Source of the DNA: an uncultured Verrucomicrobia subdivision 3 bacterium
Lineage (GTDB): Bacteria; Verrucomicrobiota; Verrucomicrobiia; Limisphaerales; UBA11358
Direction of reading: 5' to 3'
Assembly: GCA_903872345.1 (NCBI GenBank)
Contig: CAIQKM010000017.1
Location: 15,690-79,689 of the forward strand
DNA length: 64,000 bases
A program made the position numbers and the translations under genes. Shown here piece by piece: positions 52,742 to 62,350 of the stretch (its first letter is position 1; each line of letters begins with the position of its first letter). The notes beneath the pieces are model-generated. The model was given only the letters and a program-made list of their open reading frames with translations, had not been told where the DNA came from and did not search any database.

Positions 52742-54367
52742 TCAATCAATCGCCTGCCACCGCACCTTGTCCAACGACCGGCGCATCCACACATACACCG
52801 CCACCGCCACCATCACCTCACCCGCCATGAACTGCCAGAAGGCCCCCTCGTAATGCGCCCACACCGCCAACCCGGCCAGCCCCATCGAACTGAACATCGC
52901 CACCATCATCCACAGACCGCGCCCGGCCGATTTGGCCTCCTCCGTGGGAATGGACAGCGGCACCGCCCCGCTCAGCCGGCTCGGAATCATTGCATAAACC
53001 GGCAGCGCCACCAACCCCGGCAGCATCCACATCAGTTGCGACAGGTCATGCCGGATCGCCAGCCCCACCCCCGCAAAGACCAACAACATCGGCAGCGTGA
53101 GAAACAGCAACACCGCCCGCCGCGCGCCATGGCAGATCGCCGCCGGCCCGCCCATGGGCGCCACGCGAAAAACATCCGCCGCCTGCCATTGCTGCGAATA
53201 CTGGAGCAGATTGAGCGCCAGCAAGGGAATCAGCCCCGCGTACGCACCCGACATCGCCAGCCCAAATCCGCCATCGCTCCGGCCATGGCCTTGAAACAGG
53301 AAAATAAATGGAAACACCAGCATCGGCGCAATGCCCGGATAAAGCCGAAGCTTCACATCCCGGTCCCGCAGGATGTACGCCGCCGTCAGCAAAAACGACG
53401 ACCGGCTCACCGGATCGCGCAGCCACCAGCTCAGTGGCGGCAATTCCACCAGCGTGGACAGCCAGCGCCGCCGGCCGGAAACCTTTACCCGGGGCGAAAC
53501 CGTTTCATTCAGCGATTGCAACCCCGCTTCGTACGATTGCGCCAGCCGCCCAAAAGCCAGCCAGAGCACCAGCGTCGTCACCGCCACCCCCAGCCCCGCC
53601 AGCAGCCACGACCGCCCGGTCCCGCTGCCCGCCAGCGCATCGTCAAATCCCGCGAACCACGCCGGCGGCAGCAACCCCATCCACCACGCCGCCGCGCTCG
53701 CATCCAGCACCCCGCTTAGCTGGAACACAATCCGCGGCAGAATTTGGCCGCTCATCACCAGCACAATCGTCATCAGCACCTGCGCCGTCGTCATCAGCCC
53801 TTCCAGCCGCTCCCGGCCAAACCAGCGCAGGCAGAGCTGGTACAGCAGTACCACGCTCCCCGTGCAAAACAAGGCTTCCAAAACCGTGGACACCGCATGC
53901 ACCGGCGGAAAACGCCAGTCACCGTGCGCCGAAAACGCCCCCGCCACCAGGGCCACCAGATTCATCGCCCCCGCCAGCCAAAGCGATACTTCCACCAGCA
54001 CCCGGATTTTCGCCCACAGCAGCATGCGCGGCCCCACCGGCCGGTGCATCAGAATGTCCGCCTCCTCCTTGTTGAATAAAATTTCCCCCGCCGAGGCCGC
54101 CACAAACATGCCCAGAAAGGCAAAGGTCATCCCATGCAGATAAACTGCCAGGGCAAAAATGGGCTGCTTCAGAAACCCCAGCGCCATGCACCCGAACAGC
54201 GTGTAAAAAATCAGCGTCAAGGCGAGCTTCCGGCCGATGGATTGCGGTGCCAGGCTCTTTTTCAAGCCCCGCGCCGAGCGCCCCCGCAGAAAGAGCATGA
54301 GAAACAGCCGCCGCAACGTCTTTTCCAGCGGCGGGACCGGTTCCGGCAGGAGGGGCGGCGCATTCAT
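52742..54367 (-). CDS. polytopic membrane protein, putative permease partner of the upstream ABC ATPase
   Basis: 541 aa with more than 10 hydrophobic helices. Its start overlaps the ATPase stop by 4 nt (ATGA). Confidence 0.6.
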   Translation of the reverse strand: MNAPPLLPEPVPPLEKTLRRLFLMLFLRGRSARGLKKSLAPQSIGRKLALTLIFYTLFGCMALGFLKQPIFALAVYLHGMTFAFLGMFVAASAGEILFNKEEADILMHRPVGPRMLLWAKIRVLVEVSLWLAGAMNLVALVAGAFSAHGDWRFPPVHAVSTVLEALFCTGSVVLLYQLCLRWFGRERLEGLMTTAQVLMTIVLVMSGQILPRIVFQLSGVLDASAAAWWMGLLPPAWFAGFDDALAGSGTGRSWLLAGLGVAVTTLVLWLAFGRLAQSYEAGLQSLNETVSPRVKVSGRRRWLSTLVELPPLSWWLRDPVSRSSFLLTAAYILRDRDVKLRLYPGIAPMLVFPFIFLFQGHGRSDGGFGLAMSGAYAGLIPLLALNLLQYSQQWQAADVFRVAPMGGPAAICHGARRAVLLFLTLPMLLVFAGVGLAIRHDLSQLMWMLPGLVALPVYAMIPSRLSGAVPLSIPTEEAKSAGRGLWMMVAMFSSMGLAGLAVWAHYEGAFWQFMAGEVMVAVAVYVWMRRSLDKVRWQAID

Positions 54368-55134
54368 GCCCAGAAGGTTTTCGCAAAATCCTCGGCCCGC
54401 TGTTCCAGTTCCGCGCCGCCGGTGATTTGCGTGAAGAGTTTTTCCAGCGTGCCGGACTGATGCGCCGCCACCAGTTCCTCCGGCTTGCCGTCGAGCAGCA
54501 GCTTGCCTTTGTCAATGATGATCACCCGGTGGCAGACCCGTTCCACCACGTCCAGCACATGCGAACTGTAAACAATCGTCTTTCCCTCCCGCGCCAGCGT
54601 CTGGATCAGCGCCTTGAAACCCACCGCCGCATTCGCGTCCAATCCGTCCAGCGGCTCGTCAAAGAACACCACCGGCGGATTGTGCAGCAGCGCCGAGGTA
54701 ATCACCACCTTGCGCCGCATGCCCTTGGAATACGCCCCCAGCAACTTGTCCGTGAGCGTCTCAAAACTCAGGTCAAAAAACTGGATGAACTGTTTGATCC
54801 GCAGCCGCGCCGCATTTTGCGGTATGCCATACAGCGCCGCCACCATCTCGAGATATTCCAACCCCGAAAGCGATTCAAACACCGCGCCCGAATCCGGCAC
54901 AAAACCGACATGCTGCTTCACCTCAATCGGCTGCGTCAGCAGATCAAACCCCGCAATCGTGGCCGACCCGCTCGTCGGCGCAATCATCCCCGTCAGCATC
55001 TTCAACGTGGTGGATTTGCCGGCGCCATTTGGCCCGAGAAAACCGACAATCTGTCCCGCCGGAATCTCAAACGACAGACTATCCACGGCCTTTTGCGCCC
55101 CGAAACACTTGGTAAGCTGGACGGCGGAAATCAT
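54364..55134 (-). CDS. ABC transporter ATP-binding protein (ABC-2 type)
   Basis: Walker A GPNGAGKST, Walker B VVFFDEPLDGLD and a degenerate signature YSKGMRRK. Confidence 0.9.
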   Translation of the reverse strand: MISAVQLTKCFGAQKAVDSLSFEIPAGQIVGFLGPNGAGKSTTLKMLTGMIAPTSGSATIAGFDLLTQPIEVKQHVGFVPDSGAVFESLSGLEYLEMVAALYGIPQNAARLRIKQFIQFFDLSFETLTDKLLGAYSKGMRRKVVITSALLHNPPVVFFDEPLDGLDANAAVGFKALIQTLAREGKTIVYSSHVLDVVERVCHRVIIIDKGKLLLDGKPEELVAAHQSGTLEKLFTQITGGAELEQRAEDFAKTFWA

Positions 55135-55270
55135 AAATCCCGCCCCTTATGCAACAAACCAACGGATTTGGCGAACAAAATCCGCCAGCCATGGTGTTTT
55201 TGGGCGCATCCCAAACCTGCCCCCCAATCCATAGCCATGGTCTGGGAGCAAACCGGTCGCTTGCTCGGCT

Positions 55271-55320
55271 ATCTCCCCGCCGCAATTGATGAATGGGGGG
55301 TGAGGTGGTGCTTATCTCTA
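55271..55320 (+). repeat. intergenic repeat family A, subfamily GGGGTGAGGTGGTGCTyATCT
   Basis: atctccccgccgcaattgatgaatggggggtgaggtggtgcttatctcta. Shares a 20-nt core with 47310-47330. Confidence 0.65.
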
Positions 55321-55370
55321 AACCACGGGAGCAAGGCAAGTATCCGCCCCGCGCAAGGCAAGCGAATCAA

Positions 55371-56471
55371 CTACACCTTGCGCCCGCTCACTTCATCCAG
55401 CACCGTCTCGACGGCGGCCTCCGGCACGTTCTGGCTCCAAACGACCTTGCCGATTTTCTTGGCGAGCACAAATTTGATTTCCCCGCCGCTCACCTTTTTA
55501 TCCAGCTTCATGGCATTCAGCAATTTCTGGCGGCGGGTGGAATTCAGTTTTATCTTCACGGGTAGACCGGCCTGCACCAGCACGTTTTGAATCCGATCCA
55601 CCTCGTTCGTAGAAAATCCCAGCACCGCCCGCGAAAGCCGGGCCGCCGCCACCTGGCCGATGGAAATGGCCTCGCCATGCAAATATTTTCCGTAGCCGGA
55701 GCTGTTCTCAATCGCGTGGCCGATGGTGTGGCCAAAATTCAGGATGGCGCGCAGCCCGCTTTCGGTTTCATCCTGACCCACGACATCGGCCTTGATCTCA
55801 CAGCACCGGGCCACCACCGCCGCCAGGGTAACATGATCCCGGCGGAGCAGCGCGGACAGGTTTTGTTCCAGTTGGGCGAACAGGACCGCGTCATAAATGA
55901 TGCCGTATTTGATAACCTCGGCCAGACCGGAAACAAATTCACGCCTGGGCAGCGTCGCCAGCGTATTGAGGTCGCACAACACCAGCCGGGGCTGATAAAA
56001 GGCGCCCACCAGATTTTTGCCGGACTTGAGATTCACGCCCGTCTTGCCGCCCACGGAGCTGTCCACCTGCGCCAGCAAGGTGGTGGGCGCCTGCACAAAG
56101 GGAATGCCGCGCAAATAGGTGGCGGCAACGAACCCGGCCAGATCGCCCACCACGCCGCCGCCGAGTGCCACGATAAACGATTTTCTTTCCAGCCGGTGCG
56201 CGGCGAGCTGGTTATGGCATTTTTCAACCATCGCCAAGCGTTTGGATTTTTCACCGGCAGGCACGGTGATCAGCACCGGATCAAACCCCGATTGGGTCAG
56301 GGATTTCAGGGCGGCGGCGGCATAACGACGTCCCACCCGGGCATCCGTGATCACGGCGCAGCGGTGACCGAGCTTCAGTTGGGCGCACTCGGCGCCAAGC
56401 CGGGCCAGCAGACCGGCGGCGATTTTGATTTCATAGCTGCGACTGCCGAGCGAAACGGGAACAACGTGCAT
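55371..56471 (-). CDS. aroB: 3-dehydroquinate synthase
   Basis: RSYEIKI at the N-terminus, and GGGVVGDLAGFVAATYLRGIPFVQAPTTLLAQVDSSVGGKTGVN. Start at the internal ATG 56471. Confidence 0.9.
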   Translation of the reverse strand: MHVVPVSLGSRSYEIKIAAGLLARLGAECAQLKLGHRCAVITDARVGRRYAAAALKSLTQSGFDPVLITVPAGEKSKRLAMVEKCHNQLAAHRLERKSFIVALGGGVVGDLAGFVAATYLRGIPFVQAPTTLLAQVDSSVGGKTGVNLKSGKNLVGAFYQPRLVLCDLNTLATLPRREFVSGLAEVIKYGIIYDAVLFAQLEQNLSALLRRDHVTLAAVVARCCEIKADVVGQDETESGLRAILNFGHTIGHAIENSSGYGKYLHGEAISIGQVAAARLSRAVLGFSTNEVDRIQNVLVQAGLPVKIKLNSTRRQKLLNAMKLDKKVSGGEIKFVLAKKIGKVVWSQNVPEAAVETVLDEVSGRKV

Positions 56472-56807
56472 ATGCCGAAGGATATTCGCTGGCGCACCGG
56501 CACAAAAGCGGAAATTCTCCCCGGCTTCGTGCCGGGCGCATCCAGAGGACACCGCCCTCGTAGCGGCGGGCATCTTGCCGGCCGTAGAGCCGGTGCTTCC
56601 AGCCCGGCGGAACTGCCTACGCGGGCACCAGCGGTTGGTTATGCGCCATGGGCGGACAATTTTACGGTTCTCCCCGGGCGGCAGGGATGCCCGCCGCTAT
56701 ATTTCAGGGGCAGTGTCGTTGCGCCCGACCAACGTGCCACCTAAAGGAAACAATAACCAGTCGGCACGCCAGAGTCCGCCGCTGGATTAAACCCTGTCGT
56801 TGGTCAC

Positions 56808-58334
56808 TTATGACTCGCGCTCGGCGATGTATTTTTTGGTGGCGGCGGGCAACTGGTGCCAGAGCCGGATGGTCACGCCCAGTCCAAGAATGGCAAACGG
56901 AATCATGAACAACGGCCACCAATGCCAGTCGCGCGTCAGCCCCAAAAAGGTGGTTGATGCCCCTGCCCCCTCACCCGGCACCAGTCCGCCGATGAAAAAG
57001 GACTGGATGGCGCTGCCCAGATACGTGCAGCCATCCACAATCCCGGAACAGGTCGCCGTGGCCTTGCGCCCGCCAAAATCCGTGGCGGCCGTGCCGGACA
57101 TCAATGAGGTCAGCCCGACCGAGGCCATCACCACCAAGACGCAGCATAATCCCAGAAACAGGGGCGCGGAGAACAGCCAGACCGCCATCAACGCCGTCAA
57201 AATAATTACCAACCCCGACAAAATGGCCGCCGGCGGCGCGCGCCGGCTTTGGTAAAGGTGATCCGAGACCCAGCCGCCAAAAAATCCGCCCACGATGCCA
57301 AAGATACAGAGGAGCAGCCCCCAGTGGTCCTTGTAAAATTCCGCCCCGGGCTGCTTCACTTCGGCGGCAAAAATGAAATACCAGTTCTGGATGCCATTGC
57401 GGAAAATGCCCGAGGTCAGTCCAACGAGCGCGATGAGCAGCATGAGCTTGCTGGCAAACACCTTTTTCAACAGGTCCAGCGTAGTCAGTTCCACATGCAT
57501 CTGCCCCGAGGAGGCGTCGGCGGTGTCGAAATAGGCAAAGCCCGCCTCTTCCGGCAAATCCTTAATGAGCCAGAGGTCAATCAGCAGCCAGCACAGGATG
57601 ATGGCCGAGGGAATGAAAAAGACGGCCCACGTGGCGTCCACCAGTTTGCCATCCACCTTCACGGATGAAGCAAACACGGTTTGCAGCAGATCATGAAACC
57701 ACCCGCCGCTGGTCCCAGCCTTGGTCAGCGCCACAATGGTTTGCCCCCAGTCAAAGGCGAAATAGACCCCGATGGAAATCAGCGCGCCAAAGATCGCGCC
57801 AAACACGCCGCGCTCCCGCACATGAAACCAATACGCCTTTACCTTGATAATGGAAACCGCGCCATAGCTCTGGAAATACATGTTAATCGCGTACAGCGTT
57901 GAATAGGCGACCACGATGTTGACATGAACTTTGCCCGTCACGGTCAGATAGGTCAGCACCCCGAGCAGGATGTTGGCAATGGATGAACCAAGACCCGCGA
58001 TGAGCATGCCCTTTTTGCCGCCAATTTTGTCCACCAAGGGACCATTCAGCAGGAACGAACAGCCATATACCAGTGTGCCAATGCCAAATATGACCGAGAA
58101 CTGCTCCTTGGTCATCAGCGTACCGAGGGCATTCTTGGAAACGTTCAGATTGTACCGTCCCATGTAAAGGAACGAGTAGGTCATGCCCAGCGGAAACCAG
58201 TTGATGAAACGGCGGAACATGAACCACCGGCTGTGGCCCAAGGGATTATTGCGGAAATACAGGAAGACGACCGCAGCCAGACACAGGCCGACCAGTGTCT
58301 TGTCGTGGCTTAATACAGATTTGAGCAGCTCCAT
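56808..58334 (-). CDS. MFS transporter (sugar-phosphate/OPA-like)
   Basis: About 12 TM helices. The motifs GRYNLNV and DKIGGKKG resemble UhpC/GlpT-type MFS transporters. Start at ATG 58334. Confidence 0.75.
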   Translation of the reverse strand: MELLKSVLSHDKTLVGLCLAAVVFLYFRNNPLGHSRWFMFRRFINWFPLGMTYSFLYMGRYNLNVSKNALGTLMTKEQFSVIFGIGTLVYGCSFLLNGPLVDKIGGKKGMLIAGLGSSIANILLGVLTYLTVTGKVHVNIVVAYSTLYAINMYFQSYGAVSIIKVKAYWFHVRERGVFGAIFGALISIGVYFAFDWGQTIVALTKAGTSGGWFHDLLQTVFASSVKVDGKLVDATWAVFFIPSAIILCWLLIDLWLIKDLPEEAGFAYFDTADASSGQMHVELTTLDLLKKVFASKLMLLIALVGLTSGIFRNGIQNWYFIFAAEVKQPGAEFYKDHWGLLLCIFGIVGGFFGGWVSDHLYQSRRAPPAAILSGLVIILTALMAVWLFSAPLFLGLCCVLVVMASVGLTSLMSGTAATDFGGRKATATCSGIVDGCTYLGSAIQSFFIGGLVPGEGAGASTTFLGLTRDWHWWPLFMIPFAILGLGVTIRLWHQLPAATKKYIAERES

Positions 58335-58395
58335 GCGATGCGTTCGATGCCCCGCAAGGAAAACAGACCGGCCGACGGCGGTCAAAGGATTTCAC

Positions 58396-58437
58396 GAAAG
58401 AAAAACGCCACGGAAGCAGGGCTTCCGAGGCGTGGCG
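58396..58437 (-). terminator. Rho-independent terminator after the lectin-like gene
   Basis: On the minus strand a composite stem (CGCCAC/GTGGCG and GGAAGC/GCTTCC, with a bulge) is followed by TTTTTCTTTC. Confidence 0.6.
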
Positions 58438-58484
58438 CTGAGTCCGCAAGCGAATGACTTCTGTCCGAAGACGGAATTCAGGCC

Positions 58485-59909
58485 TCAGGGTGAGACGTTG
58501 AAGGTTTGGCTCCATGTGCCGGAAGCAGCGGCCCAAATGACAAACCCCTCCCCCACCTGAACTATCGGCTCCTGCAAAGTACCATCATACAAATACCACC
58601 CAGCTGGAAAGATTGTACTGTCAACGCTGAATGCTGCCGTCGCATCCGCTGAATTATAATATGTCCAAGCTGCTTGCCATCCCTGTGCAGCAGGAATCCA
58701 CTTGTAAAAATTATCACCCGAATTGGGGGAGTAATTCAAATTTGATGTAATCTTTCCCGCCAATGGAATGGTTGACCCCATGAGGTTGCAGGAATTCGCT
58801 GGGGTGGAGGAATTGTGGAAAATTGAACGGGACAATTGTCCTTCTCTGACATAACCGGCAAAAATGATATTAAACGGTTCGCTGTTGGTGGGGGTAAGAA
58901 TAAATCCCCCCTCTCCGGGAGCCAACGTGACAGTCGAGTCAGACCAACTACCGCTAGAACTGCTCCAAGTGTCTACCGCTGGATAATATCCTTCTCCGGC
59001 TGTGGTTTGTTTGCAAATTTGCGTGCCATCCGGAATGGCGGAAGCCGTCCAAGCGAAAACAGGCGTCACCGTATCGTCAGATGAACTTTGATCAGATGTC
59101 ACATCCAATTGATTGGCGATGGCCGTATAACCGGGCACGCATGTAATTTGCTCAAACCCAATGACCCGCGACACTGTCTGTCCATTGCAAACCTTGTAAA
59201 AGCGATAAGGCACCCCGGTGGTGTTGCTGAAGCTGCCGGAGCCACTGTCATCTAGGGTAACCGCACCAACCAGAACCCAATTTTTCAGATCCGAACTGTC
59301 GTACACAGCCCAGAAACTGTTGGGATAGTTGGTATCCGTAATGCTGAACGCAAAATTGTTTGATGAAACCGAAGTAACCGCAACTATCGGACGGGTATCG
59401 GGCCAATCAGAGTTGGTCGCGCCATAGCCGACAAATATTTGTGCATTGACTGCCCCGTCGTTGTCAGTAACCGACCCGCCGTCGGAATCGTCATTCAAGC
59501 CCAGCCAGAGCCAGCCATTGGTATTAGCCACCAACTGTCGGCTACTGCCTATGGCAAAGTACTCAGTCTGGTCATAAAAGTTTGTCGGCCAGCCAACAGT
59601 GGGGCTGTCTCCGAGATAAGCGATCAGATTTCCCAGTAGCCCGTCGGTCATAAACACATCACCCCCATCATACAAGGCTCCATCCGGCGTGTTTTGCGTG
59701 CCAAAGACCATGTCGGATATGCCATTTACCGCTCCGCCGGTAGACCAATTGCCATTGGCGTTGATGGTGATAGCCTCACCATTTGTTACATAAATGCCCG
59801 AGTTAACCCAGAGTGAAAGGGCGGGAACGCTGACAGTGATACTCTGTGCCTGGGCTAAACCCCAAAAAAGCACATATGCGGACATGATTGCAACTAGTTG
59901 TCGTTTCAT
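58485..59909 (-). CDS. secreted protein with N-terminal PA-IL/LecA-like lectin domain (AT-richer islet)
   Basis: Signal peptide (…FWGLAQAQ). The N-terminal roughly 150 aa follow the pattern WVNSGIYVTNGEAITINANGNW...LIAYLGD...WLWLGLNDD...DNDGAVNAQIFV, typical of PA-IL-like domains. The rest is unknown. Confidence 0.5.
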   Translation of the reverse strand: MKRQLVAIMSAYVLFWGLAQAQSITVSVPALSLWVNSGIYVTNGEAITINANGNWSTGGAVNGISDMVFGTQNTPDGALYDGGDVFMTDGLLGNLIAYLGDSPTVGWPTNFYDQTEYFAIGSSRQLVANTNGWLWLGLNDDSDGGSVTDNDGAVNAQIFVGYGATNSDWPDTRPIVAVTSVSSNNFAFSITDTNYPNSFWAVYDSSDLKNWVLVGAVTLDDSGSGSFSNTTGVPYRFYKVCNGQTVSRVIGFEQITCVPGYTAIANQLDVTSDQSSSDDTVTPVFAWTASAIPDGTQICKQTTAGEGYYPAVDTWSSSSGSWSDSTVTLAPGEGGFILTPTNSEPFNIIFAGYVREGQLSRSIFHNSSTPANSCNLMGSTIPLAGKITSNLNYSPNSGDNFYKWIPAAQGWQAAWTYYNSADATAAFSVDSTIFPAGWYLYDGTLQEPIVQVGEGFVIWAAASGTWSQTFNVSP

Positions 59910-60038
59910 ACTTTTCTTTGTTTGGTTGTTCATTTGGTTGGAATTACACTTCCTTTTCAGAAGCGCAACCATTTACAACACGTTCCTCCCAGCCCGACAA
60001 TATCCGGCAATTATCTCACAGCGACAACTTATTATCCA

Positions 60039-60368
60039 TTAGCGACATGTGGCTGAATTTTGACTAAAAACAGCAAATTGGGTCGGCGTGAGGTGGTAAA
60101 AGGTTTTGAACTGGCGGCAAAAATGGGATGTTTGCTTGTACCCCAGATCCATAGCCACTTTTTTCACGGACTCCCCGGATTGGAGACGTTGTTCCGCCGC
60201 TTTCAAGCGTTGAGCGTTTAGCCAAACCTGCGGCGGCAGGCCAAATTGGCGGTGAAAATCCCGTTGCAACTGCCGGATGGACTCATTGCATAGGCAGGCC
60301 AATTCCTTGGCGTCGTAATGTGCAACCGCAGCCAATTGTGCCCAATCTCTTGCCCTGGTCTTACTCAT
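60039..60368 (-). CDS. AraC-family HTH protein (stand-alone DNA-binding domain)
   Basis: ELACLCNESIRQLQRDFHRQFG...VAMDLGYKQTSHFCRQFKTFYHLTPTQF is a double HTH of AraC type. Confidence 0.7.
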   Translation of the reverse strand: MSKTRARDWAQLAAVAHYDAKELACLCNESIRQLQRDFHRQFGLPPQVWLNAQRLKAAEQRLQSGESVKKVAMDLGYKQTSHFCRQFKTFYHLTPTQFAVFSQNSATCR

Positions 60369-60801
60369 AAACATTTCCTCAGTTCCCAATTCCCAGATCA
60401 CCAAAAGGCCCAGCTACCTCGCTGCCGCTGGATGTGCGGGATAATATCCCCCAATTTATCCCCAAATTAACGACTACCGGTACAGCATGTATTTCGCCTG
60501 CATATTACATACAAACAATACATAACCAAAATGTTAGACCGGATTCACAGCGCAATTCTTTCAGAATTTTCATGACTGCCAAGTAAAATATTTCAGCACA
60601 AACATCACACCCATCTCTTTGTCGGCCTAAGACTTCACAATGCCTGAACGCCTGGGTTATAGGATTGCGTATCTTCGATCATCGCGTGCGGATGGTAGAA
60701 TCAACAGCTAGGCAAACCTGCGATCAGACCCGACTCACAAATCAGGTAAATTAGGGTTTTTTTGATTTTCCCGATAAACAGTCACAAATGATTCAAAATA
60801 G

Positions 60802-60822
60802 TAGTTGACTAGTCGGTCAAGT
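60802..60822 (+). promoter_or_regulatory. operator-like palindrome overlapping a -35-like TTGACT, upstream of trxA-tetR
   Basis: TAGTTGACTAGTCGGTCAAGT. 18 of 21 positions are identical to 61933-61953. TTGACT-N17-CATAGT resembles a sigma70-type promoter. Confidence 0.55.
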
Positions 60823-60866
60823 TGATTCATAGTGTCTGCAACGAAACATTAACTGAGCGACGGACT

Positions 60867-61223
60867 ATGAAAGATATTACCAATAACAGCGGCGGAGCGG
60901 TGAAACCCATTACGGTTACCGACGCAGACTTTGACCAGCGGGTCCTGGAATCTTCGCAGACGGTGCTGGTGGATTTCTGGGCCGAATGGTGCGGACCGTG
61001 CAAAATGATTGCCCGGACGGTCGAGGAACTGGCGGGCGATTATGCCGGCCGCGCGACCGTCGCCAAGGTGGATGTGGATGCCAACCAGGCGGTGGCCGCC
61101 CGCTTTGGCATTTCCAGTATCCCCAGCCTGTTGGTCTTCCGAAACGGGCAGGTAGTGGACCGCGTGGTCGGCGTCCAGTCAAAAAAGACGCTGGCGGCGA
61201 AGCTTGACGCGCATTTGAACTGA
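60867..61223 (+). CDS. trxA: thioredoxin
   Basis: WAEWCGPCK active site, with typical length from the internal ATG 60867. Confidence 0.9.
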   Translation: MKDITNNSGGAVKPITVTDADFDQRVLESSQTVLVDFWAEWCGPCKMIARTVEELAGDYAGRATVAKVDVDANQAVAARFGISSIPSLLVFRNGQVVDRVVGVQSKKTLAAKLDAHLN

Positions 61224-61265
61224 AAATAGAGTAGAGTCTAATCAGATTCGAATCAGATCAAACCT

Positions 61266-61883
61266 ATGGGCCGTACCAGTACAGCGAAAGAGAAATTGTT
61301 GGATGTAGCTTTCAAGCTTATCTGGGATCAGAGCTATGGCAGCGTGAGCGTGGACGACATCTGCCAGCAGGCCGAGGTGAAAAAGGGCAGTTTTTATCAT
61401 TTTTTTGAGTCCAAAGCCGAGCTGGCCATCGCAGCCTATGAGGAACATTGGCGGGTGAAGCAGCCGGAAATGGACCGGATCTTTTCCTCGCAAACTCCCC
61501 CGCTGGAGCGGCTCGCCACTTGGGCGCAGTTCATTTACGAAGTCCAGAAGCTGAAGGCGGCGGAACACGGGCATGTGTGCGGTTGCCCTTACGGCAGCAT
61601 CGGCAGCGAGGTGGCCACGCACGATGACAAGATTCGCCTCAAGTGCGAGGAAATGTTGGGCCGAACGTTGCGCTATCTGGAATGCGCGATTTCGGAAGCC
61701 AAACGGGATGGGGTGGTAGATTGCCCCTGCCCCAAGGCGGCGGCGAATCAGGTCAGTTCTTTTGTCATGGGTGCCATGGTGCAGGCCAAGATCCAGAATG
61801 ACGTGGAAGTTTTGAAGAATTTGGGGCCGACGATTCTCTCCATCATTGGCGAGAAAAAATCGGCGGTGGCGGTAACAACGTAG
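61266..61883 (+). CDS. TetR/AcrR-family transcriptional regulator
   Basis: N-terminal HTH (SVDDICQQAEVKKGSFYHFFESKAEL) and a helical ligand-binding domain. Confidence 0.85.
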   Translation: MGRTSTAKEKLLDVAFKLIWDQSYGSVSVDDICQQAEVKKGSFYHFFESKAELAIAAYEEHWRVKQPEMDRIFSSQTPPLERLATWAQFIYEVQKLKAAEHGHVCGCPYGSIGSEVATHDDKIRLKCEEMLGRTLRYLECAISEAKRDGVVDCPCPKAAANQVSSFVMGAMVQAKIQNDVEVLKNLGPTILSIIGEKKSAVAVTT

Positions 61884-61932
61884 GAGCCAGTTAAACAACA
61901 AGTATTCTGACAGTCGAACTATGCCCATGCAT

Positions 61933-61953
61933 TAGTTGACCAGTCAGGCAAGT
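61933..61953 (+). promoter_or_regulatory. second copy of the operator-like palindrome, upstream of the RND efflux operon
   Basis: TAGTTGACCAGTCAGGCAAGT, lying directly downstream of the TetR gene and upstream of hyp-adaptor-RND. Confidence 0.55.
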
Positions 61954-61983
61954 ATTAAGCATAAACCATTAACGAAGGTGATT

Positions 61984-62316
61984 ATGAAAAACGAATTGAA
62001 TCATGGCAGAGTGAATAGTGAAGCCTGCGCCCCGGCCACCAGCGGTCTCCGCCCCTTTTCGGCGGCCTGCCTGGCCAAATTGCAGGAATTGAAGGAAGTC
62101 GTCACCGGCAACCTGGCCGCCGAATATGGCGCGCTGTTGAATGCCCGGCAATTGCAACAGGTCGTGAATGAGGCGGATGCCCTGGCGGCATTCACTCCCT
62201 TCCCGGCCCTGTTTCTGCCCACGTTGGCGGAAGAAAAGGTCCTGGCGGCGGCGGCTTGGAATAAAAAGCAGCAGTCGCTGTTCGCCAAAAACGACATCAT
62301 CGCCCTGGCGGCCTGA
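61984..62316 (+). CDS. hypothetical small protein at the head of the RND operon
   Basis: 110-aa Ala/Leu-rich ORF from ATG 61984, between the operator-like site and the RND adaptor gene. No recognisable domain. Confidence 0.4.
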   Translation: MKNELNHGRVNSEACAPATSGLRPFSAACLAKLQELKEVVTGNLAAEYGALLNARQLQQVVNEADALAAFTPFPALFLPTLAEEKVLAAAAWNKKQQSLFAKNDIIALAA

Positions 62317-62350
62317 ACCGCCTGTAACGCAACCCCCAACAAATATACCC

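Noticed and set aside
52733-54143. Three overlapping + strand ORFs with extreme Pro/Arg/His/Ala-rich translations
   Set aside because: They are antisense to the polytopic permease gene 52742-54367, whose hydrophobic periodicity and 4-nt coupling to the ABC ATPase are convincing. The + strand products are low-complexity artefacts.
56472-56807. 336-nt GC-rich gap upstream of aroB, considered as a riboswitch or as an RNase P, tmRNA, SRP or 6S RNA gene
   Set aside because: I could find none of the conserved cores I know (for example GAGGAAAGTCC for RNase P, a tmRNA tag plus CCA end, or the SRP GGAA-tetraloop helix), only generic GC hairpins. This cannot be supported without a covariance-model scan (Rfam/Infernal), which would be the decisive test.
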